A stretch of DNA of 64,000 nt, taken from assembly GCA_964016885.1 (NCBI GenBank), contig OZ024759.1:10540001-10604000 (forward strand). Reading direction: 5' to 3'. Under the pieces are notes generated by a model. It made no database searches and was not told the origin of the DNA. It saw only the letters and a list, made by a program, of their open reading frames with translations. Origin of the DNA: Eledone cirrhosa. Taxonomy: Eukaryota. How positions within the stretch are numbered: position 1 is the first letter of the stretch; the number at the start of each line of letters is the position of its first letter. A program made the position numbers and the translations under genes. Below, piece by piece: positions 31,233 to 45,549 of the stretch.

Positions 31233-31664
31233 ATGCTGTACCTTGCTCCAGTGAGGACTGTCAATTTGACCAGGTATTTTACAGCTGGATACCCTTTCTA
31301 ACACCAACCACATTTACAGTGTGGAACTGGATGGCTCCGTTATGAGGAGGGACAGGCCATTAGGCTGTGCCAAACCCCCGTCACAGTGTAGCCATAGTTT
31401 TGGAGCCCACGACTGGATGGCACCGATACAAGGAAGCGAACCCATCTTACAGAGCCCAGTATTGGAGCCCAATAGTGGATGGCACCATCCAGCTGTAGAA
31501 ATCAAGCCAAAATCAGTTCTGTATGAGCAAGACATGGTCACCTGACCTGGCACTGCCCACAACAGGACAACTCGTCTGTCCCATGCTAGTATGGAAAAAT
31601 GGACGCAAAATGGTGATGATGGTTTTTGTGTGTACATATATATACATCTGATGACCCTGTAATA

Positions 31665-31907
31665 AACTGCAGAGTAACAAGACTATTTAACTGCAGAGTA
31701 ACAAGACTATTTAACTGCAGAGTAACAAGACTATTTAACTGCAGAGTAACAAGACTATTTAACTGCAGAGTAACAAGACTATTTAACTGCAGAGTAACAA
31801 GACTATTTAACTGCAGAGTAACAAGACTATTTAACTGCAGAGTAACAAGACTATTTAACTGCAGAGTAACAAGACTATTTAACTGCAGAGTAACAAGACT
31901 ATTTAAC
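31665..31907. repeat. 27-bp perfect tandem repeat x 9
   Basis: aactgcagagtaacaagactatt with no spacers. Confidence 0.95.
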
Positions 31908-32242
31908 CATAATAAAATATATATTTAAACTCTACTTTTGCATCAAGTACTCTTTTCTCTCAGCCATCAACACACACACACACACACACACACAGAATGG
32001 GGGCGGTAAAAACCAGTTAGACCATTACTCACTAGAGTACTTGATGCTTGAGGTAGCAGAATTAGAATGTGTATATGTATATATATATTTTAGGCTAATA
32101 AAGATTTTTGATGTATTGAAGGCTTCTTTGTCTATTTTTATAATTTTTCGGCTCTGTTGTATTACATTGATCTATATCCGATACTGTCATTTCTATAATA
32201 TGACGAGTGTGTTTTCCTCCAACGCACTCTAGTATTTTAATT

Positions 32243-32301
<59 letters not shown>

Positions 32302-32354
32302 TTTCTGAATTTGTTTAGCAAGATTCTTTATCTGAAAACGTGTGTTGAAACCGA

Positions 32355-32860
32355 TATTGTTATACTTTGGGAGGGTCATGTTGCCAATAAGAAACACATG
32401 CACCAGTTGCTTTCACTTCAATTTATTATAATAAATTTATAAATTTAGGAATTTATAAATTTCCGGTTGGTTGATTGGTTCCACAACCAGATCGTTGTTT
32501 ATATATTGTCAAAGTTCTTTCGTCACACATTCTGTGACCTCTTCAGTGACTGGGGATTCTTTTCTTTGTTTTTTGTGCCTCTCCTTTGTTCTGTCCTACG
32601 CCATCTTGTTTTTGTGTGTGTGTTGTGTGCTTAGTTTGCGCATGTGTAACATCCGTGTGTCTGTGTGTGTTTATATTCGTTTATTTATTTGTTTATTCAC
32701 ATGTTACTGGTTGGTTGTTTGTTCTATGTGCGTGTGTGTTTCCATTTTGTCCTTAATTGTAAGTTGTGATGTTGCTGTTCCACTCATGTTTTTATTTAAT
32801 TTTGGTTGTAATTCATTTATATTTATTGCCTTTGATTTGTCTAAACATTGCATCTTATAT
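32355..32860 (-). mobile_element. Penelope-like pLTR / 3' end with hammerhead at 32508-32550
   Basis: Reverse complement gtca-CTGAAGA-ggtcacagaatgtgtgac-GAAA-gaac-TT-tgac; homologous to 51140-51420 and to the GIY-YIG-bearing copy at 53005-53830. Confidence 0.75.
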
Positions 32861-33077
32861 ATATATATATATGTATATATATATTGGAAAATGTGTGAGA
32901 TAATTGGTACAGTTAGGTATATTTGAAAAAAAAAAGGAAAAGAATGACTTTACTTGTAGTGTTAAATAATTTTTGATTTAATTTTATAATATTATAAAAT
33001 TAAATCAAAAAGTTTTTAACACTACAAGTGAAGTCATTCTTTTCCTTTTTTTCAAATATATATATATATATATATAC

Positions 33078-33540
33078 AGACTCTATGAGACATTGATGCT
33101 CACGGCCTCCCAAATAACCGACAGTGACTACATAATTATTGCTGGCGACCATTGTGATGGCTATGACGGAATCCATGGGGGCTATGGGTTTGGTACTAGA
33201 AATGAGGAAGGCGCCAGAATCCTGGAATTCTGTGACGCAAATAACCTAACTGTCTGTAACACTAACTTCAAAAAACGAGACAATCACTTGATCATCTATA
33301 GATCAGGGGAACACGCCAGTCAGATAGATTATATCCTTACCAGAAGACGTAATAGAGTGTCTGTCGTAAACACTAAATCCCTCCCCCATGAAGAATGCAC
33401 CTCCCACACATAGACTCATAGTCAGCGATCTCGTAGTCAGGACAAGACGTACTCGACAACAGAGGAGGACTATCCTCAGGAGAAAAATATGGAAGCTAAA
33501 GGACCCTACAGCCAGTAATAAATTTAAAAGCATATTACAT
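33078..33540 (+). mobile_element. RTE endonuclease-domain fragment
   Basis: GYGFGTRNEEGARILEFCDANNLTVCNTNFKKR...SQIDYIL. Confidence 0.85.
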
Positions 33541-33848
33541 ATATATAAATATACATATGGGAGGAAGTTATAGTTCACTTGAAGCATTGTGTAATGAGGT
33601 ATAAACGTTTGAATTTGTAAAGCCAAACAAGGCAGGTATGGACAGCAGGTCAGCAAGACTTTTCAAGCTATTTAGAACACTGGTTTAACTGTTTACTTCC
33701 CTCCGAAGATGAGATATTATCTCGAAAATTAAGGACATTTATATAAATCTAAGGTAAAAGACTAATTGTCAACAATATCTTTTGCATTTGCATTCTTTAT
33801 TCTATGTCCATACCTGCATTGTTTTGGCTTTATTATACATATACACAC

Positions 33849-33898
<50 letters not shown>

Positions 33899-34102
33899 GT
33901 TTCTACTTTAGGAACAAGGCCAGCAATTACCCAGTACATTACTGGTACTTTATTTTATCAACCCCGTAAGGATGAAAGGCAAAGTTAATCCCGCCGAGGT
34001 TAACTTTGCCTTTCATCCTTACGGGGTCGATAAAATAAAGTACCAGTAATGCACTGGGGTAATCACTGGCCTTGTGCCAAAAGTGGAAACACTATTATTA
34101 TT

Positions 34103-34146
<44 letters not shown>

Positions 34147-34193
34147 AAGACCGTAAGCTATTGTTTTAAAGTAGTGACAAATTCACTCACTTC

Positions 34194-34287
34194 GATCTCA
34201 GCAAACAGGAGGAGATAAGCCGACATGACATGTTTCGCTTTTGTTGAAGCTTATCAAGGCCAACTACCCCGCCCGTCTGCTGAGATC
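34194..34287 (-). ncRNA. Type-I hammerhead with U3-A8 core variant
   Basis: Reverse complement ggcc-TTGATAA-gcttcaacaaaagc-GAAA-catgtcatg-TC-ggct, plus a 16-bp distal stem I. Confidence 0.72.
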
Positions 34288-34344
34288 AATGATGTTATAT
34301 TCTTATAGAAATCTAGTAAATAATCAGGAGCTGATTATGCAGAG

Positions 34345-35680
34345 CGGTTGTTGGTGGTGATAATGATAGTGTTGGTGGTGTTGGTGGTGATATGGTGTGG
34401 TGATAATGATAGCGATGGTGGTGGTGATAATGATAGTGTTAGTGGTGGTGGTGGTGGTGGTAGTGGTGATATGGTGTGGTGATAATGATAGTGGTGGTGG
34501 TGGTGGTGGTGGTGGTGGTGTGGTGATAATGATAGTGTTGGTGGTGGTACAGTGGTGGTAATATGGTGTGATAATGATAGTGTTGGTGGTGGTACAGTGG
34601 TGGTAATATGGTGTGATAATGATAGTGTTGGTGGTGGTACGGTGGTGGTAATATGGTGTGATAATGATAGTGTTGGTGGTGGTACGGTGGTGGTAATATG
34701 GTCTGATAATGATAGTGTTGGTGGTGGTACGGTGGTGGTAATATGGTGTGATAATGATAGTGTTGGTGGTGGTATGGTGGTGGTAATATGGTGTGATAAT
34801 GATAGTGTTGGTGGTGGTACGGTGGTGGTAATATGGTGTGATAATGATAGCGTTGGTGGTGGTACGGTGGTGGTAATATGGTGTGATAATGATAGTGTTG
34901 GTGGTGGTGGTGGTGGTACGGTGGTGGTAATATGGTCTGATAATGATAGTGTTGGTGGTGGTACGGTGGTGGTAATATGGTGTGATAATGATAGTGTTGG
35001 TGGTGGTACAGTGGTGGTAATATGGTGTGATAATGATAGTGTTGGTGGTGGTACGGTGGTGGTAATATGGTGTGATAATGATAGTGTTGGTGGTGGTACG
35101 GTGGTGGTAATATGGTGTGATAATGATAGTGTTGGTGGTGGTACGGTGGTGGTAATATGGTGTGATAATGATAGTGTTGGTGGTGGTACAGTGGTGGTAA
35201 TATGGTGTGATAATGATAGCGTTGGTGGTGGTAATATGGTGTGATAATGATAGTGTTGGTGGTGGTACGGTGGTGGTAATATGGTGTGATAATGATAGTG
35301 TTGGTGGTGGTATGGTGGTGGTAATATGGTGTGATAATGATAGTGTTGGTGGTGGTGGTGGTGGTGGTGGTACGGTGGTGGTAATATGGTGTGATAATGA
35401 TAGTGTTGGTGGTGGTGGTGGTAATATGGTGGTGGTGATAATGATAGTCTTGGTGGTGATATGGTGTGGTGATAATGTTGGTGTTGGTGGTGGTCGTGGT
35501 GGTAGTGTGGTAATAATGATAGTGTTGGTGGTGGTACGGTGTGGTGATAATGTTGGTGGTGTTAATGATAGTGTTGGTGGTGGTACGGTGGTGGTAATAT
35601 GGTGGTGGTGTTAATGATAGTGTTGGTGGTGGTACAGTGGTGGTATATGTGTGATAATGATAGTGGTGGTGGTGGTGGTC
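34345..35680. repeat. GGT-rich 45-bp minisatellite
   Basis: gtggtggtaatatggtgtgataatgatagtgttggtggtggtacg units. Confidence 0.9.
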
Positions 35681-35864
35681 TAGTCATGTGGTGTGATGGA
35701 GGTTGTGCTATTCAAGTGATTGTTATGTAGCCAACATGTAGCAACATGTAGCAACATGTGAACATCACAGATAAATATCTTTATTAAACACTGAAGCTAG
35801 ACAGGGGAGCAATCTACATTATAAACTCTCTATTTATATATACATAAATATTGATATATAGATA

Positions 35865-36505
<641 letters not shown>

Positions 36506-36733
36506 AAATTACATAATTGTTTCTACTTTTGGCACAAGGCCAGCAAATACCCAGTACATTACTGGTACTTTATTTTATCGACCCCGTAAGGATGAAAGGC
36601 AAAGTTAACCTCGGCGGGATTTGAACTCAGAATGGCAAGGGCCGTAACTCTATTCGTCAAAGCATGGCGTCCGACCCTCTACCGATACCGACAATCCACC
36701 ATAATAATCAAAACTATGTTCACAACATTTTAT

Positions 36734-36780
36734 TGCTGACAATCGTTTCTTCCAAAATTTCGTTTGGCCTCATCAGAGCA
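36734..36780 (-). ncRNA. Hammerhead-like motif
   Basis: Reverse complement tgct-CTGATGA-ggccaaacgaaattttggaa-GAAA-cgattg-TC-agca; base of stem II mismatched. Confidence 0.55.
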
Positions 36781-37374
36781 CTAGCAAAGTTTAGACATAT
36801 AATTAACCTCCTACTCTACAGAACAATCATATAGATACATAGATATTAGTGTTGACATCAACAGTTTCATATTTACAGAGTGGAGATGTTGAGGTCAGTG
36901 TCAGTGGATGTGACAAAGATTACAAAAGAATAGTATAACAATTAAAGAGGCATTAAGGCAGAAAGTTACTCGCAGAACGAGGACATTAGCAGTACATATG
37001 CAAGTGTATAGAGAGTGCAAATGTGTTAGTCATGTACAGAATACATAAGTAGGAAACAAGCAATGGTACTAGGCATATATATTACAGTATGGCAAAGGTA
37101 TCACATAATATAACACAGGTTTACAAGCATATTAAGGAGACAAAGATGTTTGAACATTACAAGAACAATTATCACACTACATCCACCATAAACTTCATTG
37201 AAACTACTTTTAATACACAAACATCTTTGTCTGCTTAATATGCTTGTAAACTTGTGTTATATTATATTATGTGATACCTTTGCCATACTGTAATATATAT
37301 AATTAGACAGTAGAAGTCGCATTGATAGACACATTTTTCAAATGCACGTGGGTGCTATAGAAGTGGTTGATAGC

Positions 37375-37985
37375 TGGTACCTAGGTGATCAGATTAGTAT
37401 GGCAAGGGGGGGTTCAAGGCCATAGTATCTAGAATAGAGACGGGTTGGAAGAAGTTTATGGAGCTGCTTCCTCTGCTGACGAAGAAGGGTTTCTCCCTGC
37501 GTATGAAAGGCCGGTTATATGATGCCTGTGTGAGGAGCGCGATGCTGCATGGTAGTGAGACATGGGCAGCAACTGCAGAGGATATGCGACGGCTGGAGAG
37601 AAATGAGGCAAGCATGCTACGTTGGATGTGTAATGTCAATGTGCGTGAACGACCCAGCATGAATGTGTTGAGAGAGAAACTGTGTCTGAGAGAGATAGAA
37701 TGTAGTGTGCGAGAGAGGAGACTGAGGTGGTATGGACATGTGATGCGCATGGAGGATAACCGATGAGTGAAGAAGTGCCAAGAAATGCCAGTAGAAGGAA
37801 GACGTAGTAGAGGAAAACCACGAAAAACATGGGCGGAGGTGGTGAGAACAGACCTCAGATCGCTGAAGCTCACGGTGGAGATGACGAAGGACTGTGACAA
37901 GTGGAGAGATGCTGTGCTGAATAGGACCCGTCCCACCCTTGCAAGCAGGGTAAAGCAGACGTATGATGATGATGATGATGATGAT
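37375..37985 (+). mobile_element. RTE LINE 3' fragment
   Basis: KGRLYDACVRSAMLHGSETW...RLRWYGHVMRM; (GAT)n tail. Confidence 0.88.
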
Positions 37986-38006
37986 ATATATATATATACA
38001 CATACG

Positions 38007-38397
38007 ATGGAGGCACATGGCTTAGTGGTTAGAACATTGGCCTTGCAATCGAAAGGTTGTGAGTTCAATTCAAAGACCGAGTGATGTGTTGTTTCCTTGA
38101 GCAAGACACTTTATTTTACATTGCTCCAGTTTACTCAGCTGTAGAAATGAGATGATAGGGACTGGGGTCCCTATCATTCCACTGTAAAGTGGACGTGTAG
38201 GTGCCACGGCAAAAAAGCACCCAAACCACACTGTAAAGTGGACGTGTAGGCGCCACGGCAAAAAAGAACCCAGCACTCACTGTAAATGAGGTTGGTGTTA
38301 GGAAGGGCATCCAGCTGTAGAAATCAAGCCAGAATCAGTTCCCGTCCCACTTGCAAGCAGGGAAAAAGCGGACGTAAAATGAAATGAATGAAATGAT
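38007..38397 (+). mobile_element. SINE family A
   Basis: Same head and tail as the 21414 copy. Confidence 0.85.
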
Positions 38398-41300
38398 GGG
38401 ATGGGTGGTGTAGGTATTCTACTAGCTGACAAGTGAGTAGATAAAGTAATCTCAGTGAACAGGGTGAATGCAAGAATCATTAAACTCTGACTAGTCCTGA
38501 ATAAAACAATTACCACAATAATATCACCTTACACACCCCAATCGGGGTTGCCAGTCGAACTTAAGGATAGTTTTTACGAGTCTCTAATGCACACTACTGC
38601 TTTAACAAACCGACAATGACTTCCTAATCATTGCAGGATATTTTAACGGACACGTAGGTAAACACTGACGGCTTCAATAGAGTCCATGGAGTTGGCACAA
38701 GAAATGAAGAAGGATTCAGACTTCTAGAATTCTGCGACACCAATGACATGTCGATATGTAACACAAACTTCAAAAAACCCGACAACCACCTGATCACCTA
38801 TAGATCAGGGGAGCATTCTAGTCAGATAGATTTTATCCTCATCAGAGGACATGACAGATGGACGGTCGTAAACACAAAAGCCTTTCCAACATAGCTTAGT
38901 TGTCAGCGACCTCACGGTCAGAACTAGACAAACCTGGAAACAGAGGTCAACCTGAAGAAGAAAGATCTGGAAGCTGAAATCCCCTCAGCCAGTACCAGAT
39001 TTAAAGATATTTTATTCAACACCTACGACAGTAAAGAAGAACAGATAGAGACATTCAATATAGAAGAACACTGGGAGTTCCTAAAAAATAACTTACTAAA
39101 GGCGACGGATGAGATGTGTCGCTGGAGTAAGACCACAGGCAGGAGGAGAGTGACTTAGTGGTGGAACAATAAGGTAGATGAGGCAGTTAAGGCCAAGAGA
39201 GAGGCATAGAAAGAATGGAAGAACGGGGGAAGCAGGGTACATTACATAGAGACCAGGAGGGAAGCTAGGCAACAAGTATATTTAGTTAGGAGGGAAGTAG
39301 AGGATAGAAATTTCAAGCATGTTTTGCAACGTGAGGACCAGAAACAGGAGGTGTTCAAGATTGTGAGGCAGTGTGTCAGAGAAAATTGTGATGTCATTGG
39401 AGAGAAGTGTATCCAGAATGATAAAGGTGAGCTTGCCCTCACAAGTGCTGAGAAGAAAAATGCGTGGAAGAGCCATTATGATAGATTACTAAATGAGGAG
39501 AATGCATGACAAGAAGAGACCCTACCCCAAGTAGACCTTATAGAGGGGCCAGCAGTACAAGTCAGCAGCAGCGTAGTAAGTAAGGCAATCAAAGATATGA
39601 AGATGGGGAAGGCAACCGGTCCATCAGGTATAGCGGCCGAGATGCTGAAGGCATCTGGGTTGGTAGGTCACACCATAACCACACGTATTGTTAACCAGGT
39701 AATACTAGAAGGTGTCATACCAAAGGATTGGTGCAGTAGCATCATCGTCAACTGCTACAAAGGTAAAGGTGATGCACTAGATAGAGGAAACTATAGAGGT
39801 ATAAAGCTGATGGACCAGGTCATGAAATTAACAGAAAGAGTTATAGCACAGTTGATTAGGGACTGGGTGAAAATAGACGAGATGCAATTTGGGTTTGTAC
39901 CAGGAAGAGGCACCACTGATGCCCTCTTCCTTGTGAGGCAGTTACAGGAAAGGTACCTAGCTAAAAGTAAGCCACTCTACCTGGCATTCGTCGATCTCGA
40001 GAAAGCCTTTGACAGAGTTCCACGTGCTATAATCTGGTGGGCTCTTAGAAAACTAGGAGTAGATGAATGGCTTGTGAAAGCTGTACAAGCCATGGATAGG
40101 GGAGCAGTCAGCAAAGTTAGGATTAGCAACGAGTATAGCGAGGAATTTAGCATACAGGTCGGTGTCCACCAGGGCTCTGTTCTTAGCCCTCTCCTGTTCA
40201 TCATAGTCCTGCAGGCAATAACTAACGGATGCCCATGGGAACTCCTGTATGCAGATGACCTCACACTTATAGCTGAATCTATGATAGAACTAGAGAAGAA
40301 ATTCCAAACTTGGAAGCAGGGACTAGAAAGAAAGGGTCTCAAAGTCAACCTGACAAAGACTAAGGTCCTTGTAAGTAGACGAGAAAACAGAACCCAGACC
40401 CCCTCAGGGAAATGGCCTTGCTTAGTATGTAGGAAAGGTGTAGGTAGGAACTCCATTCTCTGCCCCAAATGCAAACAATGGGTACACAAGAGATGTAGCG
40501 GGATCTCCGGAAGCTTAACTAAGAATGTAGGCTTCACATGTAGCAGCTGTGCTGGGACAGCAAGCAGCCACAGGAAACAAGAACCACCAATCTCTGGGAG
40601 GGCTCTGTAGAAACAGTAGACAGCTTCTGCTACCTAGGTGACCGAATTAGCAGTGGAGGTGGGTGTTCAGAAAGTACAATAACTAGGGTAAGAACAGGAT
40701 AGAAAAAGTTCAGGGAGCTGCTACCACTGTTAGCTGCAAAAGGCTTTTCCCTCAAAATGAAAAGCAGACTGTATGATGCGTGCATACAAACAGCAATGTT
40801 ACATGGTAGTGAGACCTGGGCTCTGTCTGTGGAAGACTTGCGTAGATTAGAAAGAAACGAAGCCTGCATGCTCCGATGGATGTGTAACAGTAATATACGC
40901 GAAGGGCAAAGCATAAATGAATTGAGAGAGAGACTGAGCATAAGAGGAATCAAATGCTGTGTGCAGGAGAGGCGGTGGCATTGGTATGGACATGTGATGT
41001 GTATGAAGGATGACAGCTGCATAAAAAGGTGCAGAGCACTAGAAGTCGATGGAAACCGCGGAGTGGGGAGACCCAAGAAGACCTGGGATGAGGTGATAAA
41101 AGCCGACCTTACCCAATTACACATCTCAAACGCGATGACACATGACCGTGACCTCTGGCGTCATGCAGTAATACAGAGTACCCGACCTCCCACAGGTACA
41201 AGCCGAAGCTGAAGCATATAGACAATATGCCCCCACACCTACCCACCCACTGTAAGGTGGTCGTGGAGGTTTCACGGCAAAAAAGCACCCAGCCCACACT

Positions 41301-41508
41301 GTAAAGTGGACGTGTAGGCGCCACGGAAAAAAAGCACCCAGCACTCACTGTAAATGAGGTTGGTGTTAGGAAGGGCATCCAGCTGTAGAAATCAAGCCAG
41401 AATTCCCGTATGAGCAAGACAAGGTCAGCCGACCGGACACTACCACAACAGGACAACCCGTCTAACCCATGCTAGCATGGAAGAACGGACGTAAAACGGT
41501 GATGATGA
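38398..41508 (+). mobile_element. Near-full-length, inactivated RTE LINE (APE endonuclease, RT, Cys/His finger, 3' UTR)
   Basis: GVGILL, SQIDFIL, NYRGIKL, FVDLEKAFD, GVHQGSVLSP and LYADD motifs; several stops and frameshifts; (GAT)n tail. Confidence 0.95.
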
Positions 41509-41889
41509 TATATATATATATATTTATGTGTATATGTATAAATCATCATTACTATTTAATGATGATATATATATATATGTGTGTGTGTTTACACATATAT
41601 TATTCAAATTAAAGTAGTTGATAGTTTTACACACACATATATATATGTGTGGTGGGTGTGTCCATGTCTGCACACAAACATATATTCATATGCGTGAATG
41701 TGTGTAAATATTTGGACATAAGTACATACATACACATATATGTATATGAGTGTATATGTTTCTGCAAGCCTGTTAATCTGATACATCAATGTGTGTGCAT
41801 GTGTGTGTTGCAATATGTGTGTATGTGTGCAAGCCTGTTAATATGATACATCAATGTGTCTGTTACTGCAAGCCTGTTAATCTAATACA

Positions 41890-41920
<31 letters not shown>

Positions 41921-42914
41921 GGTGTGGTGTGGTGTGGTGTGGTGTGGTGTGGTGTGGTGTGGTGTGGTGTGGTGTGGTGTGGTGTGGTGTGGTGTGGTGT
42001 GGTGTGGTGTGTGTGTGTGTGTGTATGTGTTGCTGCAAGCCTGTTAATATAATACATCAATGTGTGTGTGTGTGTTACATTCTTTACTCTGTTTTCTGCT
42101 CTATTACTTAGGTCATTGACCTACCACAATATATGGTTATCTCCCCTTCCTGTTTGACTCTTTTTTTCTCTTGTACACTCCTCTACTTCAGCATCCTGAC
42201 ACACTTCAACTCATTATACAACCATCAACCAGCATTTGCACAATGTTTTTTAAGATGGGGGAGTGTTGAACTAGCCCATTCTAGCGCTTTAATTAAGTGT
42301 GTGTATATATATATAGAAAGAGATTGAGAGAGAGGGAGAGTGAGAGAAAGAGAGCGACAAACATTTATATATATACAAACCTTCGAAAATCGGATGCGAA
42401 TCTGCTACTTGCAGCAGCAACTTTGATTATACTCATTACTATTATATATATATATATATACAGATACATATATATATATATATGTGTGTGTGTATGTATA
42501 TATATATATATATATATATACATACTTCTGTATATATATATATATATATACAGACTTCTGGCGTCACGCAGTAATACAGGGTACCCGACCTCCCATGGGT
42601 ACATGCTGAAGCATATAAACAATATGCCCCCACTCCCCCCACCGCAAGGTGGTCGTGGAGGTGCCACGGCAAAAAAGCACCCAGCCCACACTGTAAAGTG
42701 GACGTGTAGGCGCCACGAAAAAGCACCCAGCACTCACTGTAAATGAGGTTGGTGTTAGGAAGGGCATCCAGCTGTAGAAATCAAGCCAGATCAGTTCCTG
42801 TATGAGCAAGGCATGGTCAGCCGACCAGACACTGCCCATAACAGGACAACCCATCTAACCCATGCTAGCGTGGAAGAACGGACGTAAAACGGTGATGATG
42901 ATGATGATGATGAT

Positions 42915-43302
42915 ATATGTGTCGTCGGCAAATTCAGCATCTGATAACTTTTTCGCCTTAACTCTCCTGCTCTGAGCCGGTGCTACAGTAAAGCCAGTAA
43001 ATACAGTGAAGGAGGCAGAAGATTTGATGCAGGAGGTTGAGACTGTGTCGATGAGTGTGGGGCTGAGAATGAATGAGACTAAAACAAAATATCTGGTAGA
43101 GAATGTTGAGAAGCCAGAGGGGATCACTAATGTAGGCGGGAAGCCGCTAGAATTGGTTGAGGGCTTCTTGTATTTGGGAGCAAAGATTGGGAATACAGAA
43201 TATGATGTGGTTGAGAGGAAGAGCAAAGCCTGGGCGGCGTGCCACAGCTTGAGATGGGTGTGGAAGTCGGACCTTCGTAAAAACCTGAAGATCCGTCTCT
43301 TC
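42915..43302 (+). mobile_element. Rearranged fragment of a different LINE RT
   Basis: VGLRMNETKTKY...LELVEGFLYLG...KNLKIRLF on +; inverted piece LSDAEFADD on -. Confidence 0.7.
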
Positions 43303-43495
43303 ATATATATAAACAGAAATATTTAAACAATGAAATTAAACAAAAAACGGTTAATTCATAGTAAAACTCATTATTTTACGATCATTTCTGGGGGCTAGTT
43401 CTCCGTATGTCCATTCTATTATTGATCTATGTAATACATACAGATTACATTGAGTTCTTCATACGGTTTAGACCCTACCATTAATTGGTGGATTT

Positions 43496-43529
<34 letters not shown>

Positions 43530-43530
<1 letters not shown>

Positions 43531-43754
43531 ATGTATAATAAACAATACAATATAATTACCTCATTACCAAAGGTTTCCCGAATAAGACGAATACAAGAAA
43601 CGTCCTCATTCGTTCGTCAGACAAGGCAATTGTTTGTCTGTAATTGACAAGTAATTGCCTTGTCTGACGAATGAATGTGGACGTTTCTTGTATTCGTCTT
43701 ATTCGGGAAACCTTTGGTAATGAGGTAATTATATGGTATTGTTTATTATACATT
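43530..43754. ncRNA. Palindrome with back-to-back hammerheads (43554-43631 on -, 43653-43730 on +)
   Basis: aattgccttgt-CTGACGA-stem II-GAAA-cctttgg-TA-atgaggtaatt on each strand. Confidence 0.75.
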
Positions 43755-43847
43755 AAATATTTAGCTCTGTAACTTACATAGAGCACTCTTCATTCCTCTG
43801 ACCTTTTCAATTTTCAATGGAAACTTTAAATACATACATACATACAT

Positions 43848-43878
<31 letters not shown>

Positions 43879-44313
43879 CTAGCTGGCCCGTGCTGACAAA
43901 AATGACGGCTAATTATAATATCTATACATAATATAAAAAAAAGATGTTTGTTGGTTGGTTGGTTGGTTTCTTCACGCTCACTCACACAAGTGATACAAAC
44001 ACACAACTGTGATGAATCTTAGAATGCTGGACTTCTATAGTTTTTCACCCGCTCCTTCCTCAGTCGACATAATCACCCCTTCCTTCCTCAGTCATCTCTA
44101 GTGTGTGATGGACAAATACACAAGGCTATTATATTAGCAGATATATATCATCATCATCGTTTAATGTCTATCTTTCACGCTAGCATGGGTTAGACAGGAA
44201 TTGTCCCATTTGAGGCAAGATTGGTCGGGTGACTGTGTCTCGCTCGTATAGGACTATCTGGCAGGTTTTCTACAGCTGGATGCCCTTCCTAACACCAACC
44301 ACATTTACAGTGT

Positions 44314-44350
<37 letters not shown>

Positions 44351-44979
44351 GAATCAGAACCCCGATGGCTAAGCTCTTGCTATTTCAACAGCTAGTTCAG
44401 AACTAGCTGTTGAAATGGCAGGAGCTCAGCCATCGGGGTCCCAACTCCTTCATATTACCCACTTTACTACCTCAAGTATCGAGTACTATGGTGAATAATG
44501 GTCTAACAGGTTTTTACTGCATTCACTTTAAATTATATATATATATCATCATCATCATTTACCATCAGTTTTCCTTGTTAACAATGGGTGTACATCACAG
44601 ACTGCTCAGAATTGAAGAGGTCATTTACCTGTAGGTGGGAAAAGGGCACAATATATGATCCTATGATCTACTGAGTGCATTTTAATATGGCACCAAAGCT
44701 TGGGATGTTGCTATGTCTATGGCACAAATGCCTCCTTAGCCCTTTGTTGGGCAAGTTTTTTTACACATCTGGAAGCAAAATCTGGCATCAAAAGGTCTTA
44801 AGTTAACTTGCTAAGTAGAAAGGACAACAGAACCCTGATCCCTTCAGAGAAATGATCTTGTTCAGTGCACAGGAAATATTAATCTGCTACAAATAATTGG
44901 CTCTCATCATGAAAGTCTGAGTACCCAGGAAAACTCATACTTAGTTGCCACGTATTTTAACTAATTAATCCTCCTTATC

Positions 44980-45492
44980 ATCACTGTTTTACATCCATTC
45001 CTCCACGCTAGCATGGGCTAGACAAGTTATCCTGTTGTGAGACAAGCCAGGTCAGGTGACCATGTCTTGCTCATACAGAACTGATTCTGGCTTTATTTCT
45101 ACAGCTGGATGCCCTTCCTAACACCAACCTCATTCAGAGTGAGTACTAGGTGCTTTTTGTGGTGACACCTACACGACCACTTTACAATGGGAGGGGAGAG
45201 CATACTGTCTATATACCCGTGGGAAGTCGGGTCTTCTGTATTGCTGCGAAACACCAGAGATCTCAGACCTGTGTCATCGCCTTTGAGAGGTGCAATTGGC
45301 CAAGGTCAGCTTTTATCACTTCATCCCAGGTCTTCCATCGACTTCTAGCGCTCTGCACCTTTTTATGTGACTGTCATCCTTCATACGCATCACATGTCCA
45401 TACCAACGTAATCTCCTCTCCTGCACACAGCATTTGATTCCTCTTATGCATAGTTTCTCTCTCAGTTCATTTATGCTTTGCCATCCACGTAT
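44980..45492 (-). mobile_element. RTE 3' fragment
   Basis: QSINELREKLCIRGIKCCVQERRLRWYGHVMRM. Confidence 0.85.
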
Positions 45493-45549
45493 ATCATCAT
45501 CATCATTTATATATACATATAAACATATAGACATTCATGTGATCAAATA

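Noticed and set aside
30341-31907. CRISPR-like short repeat arrays
   Set aside because: No unique spacers, no cas genes, eukaryotic context.
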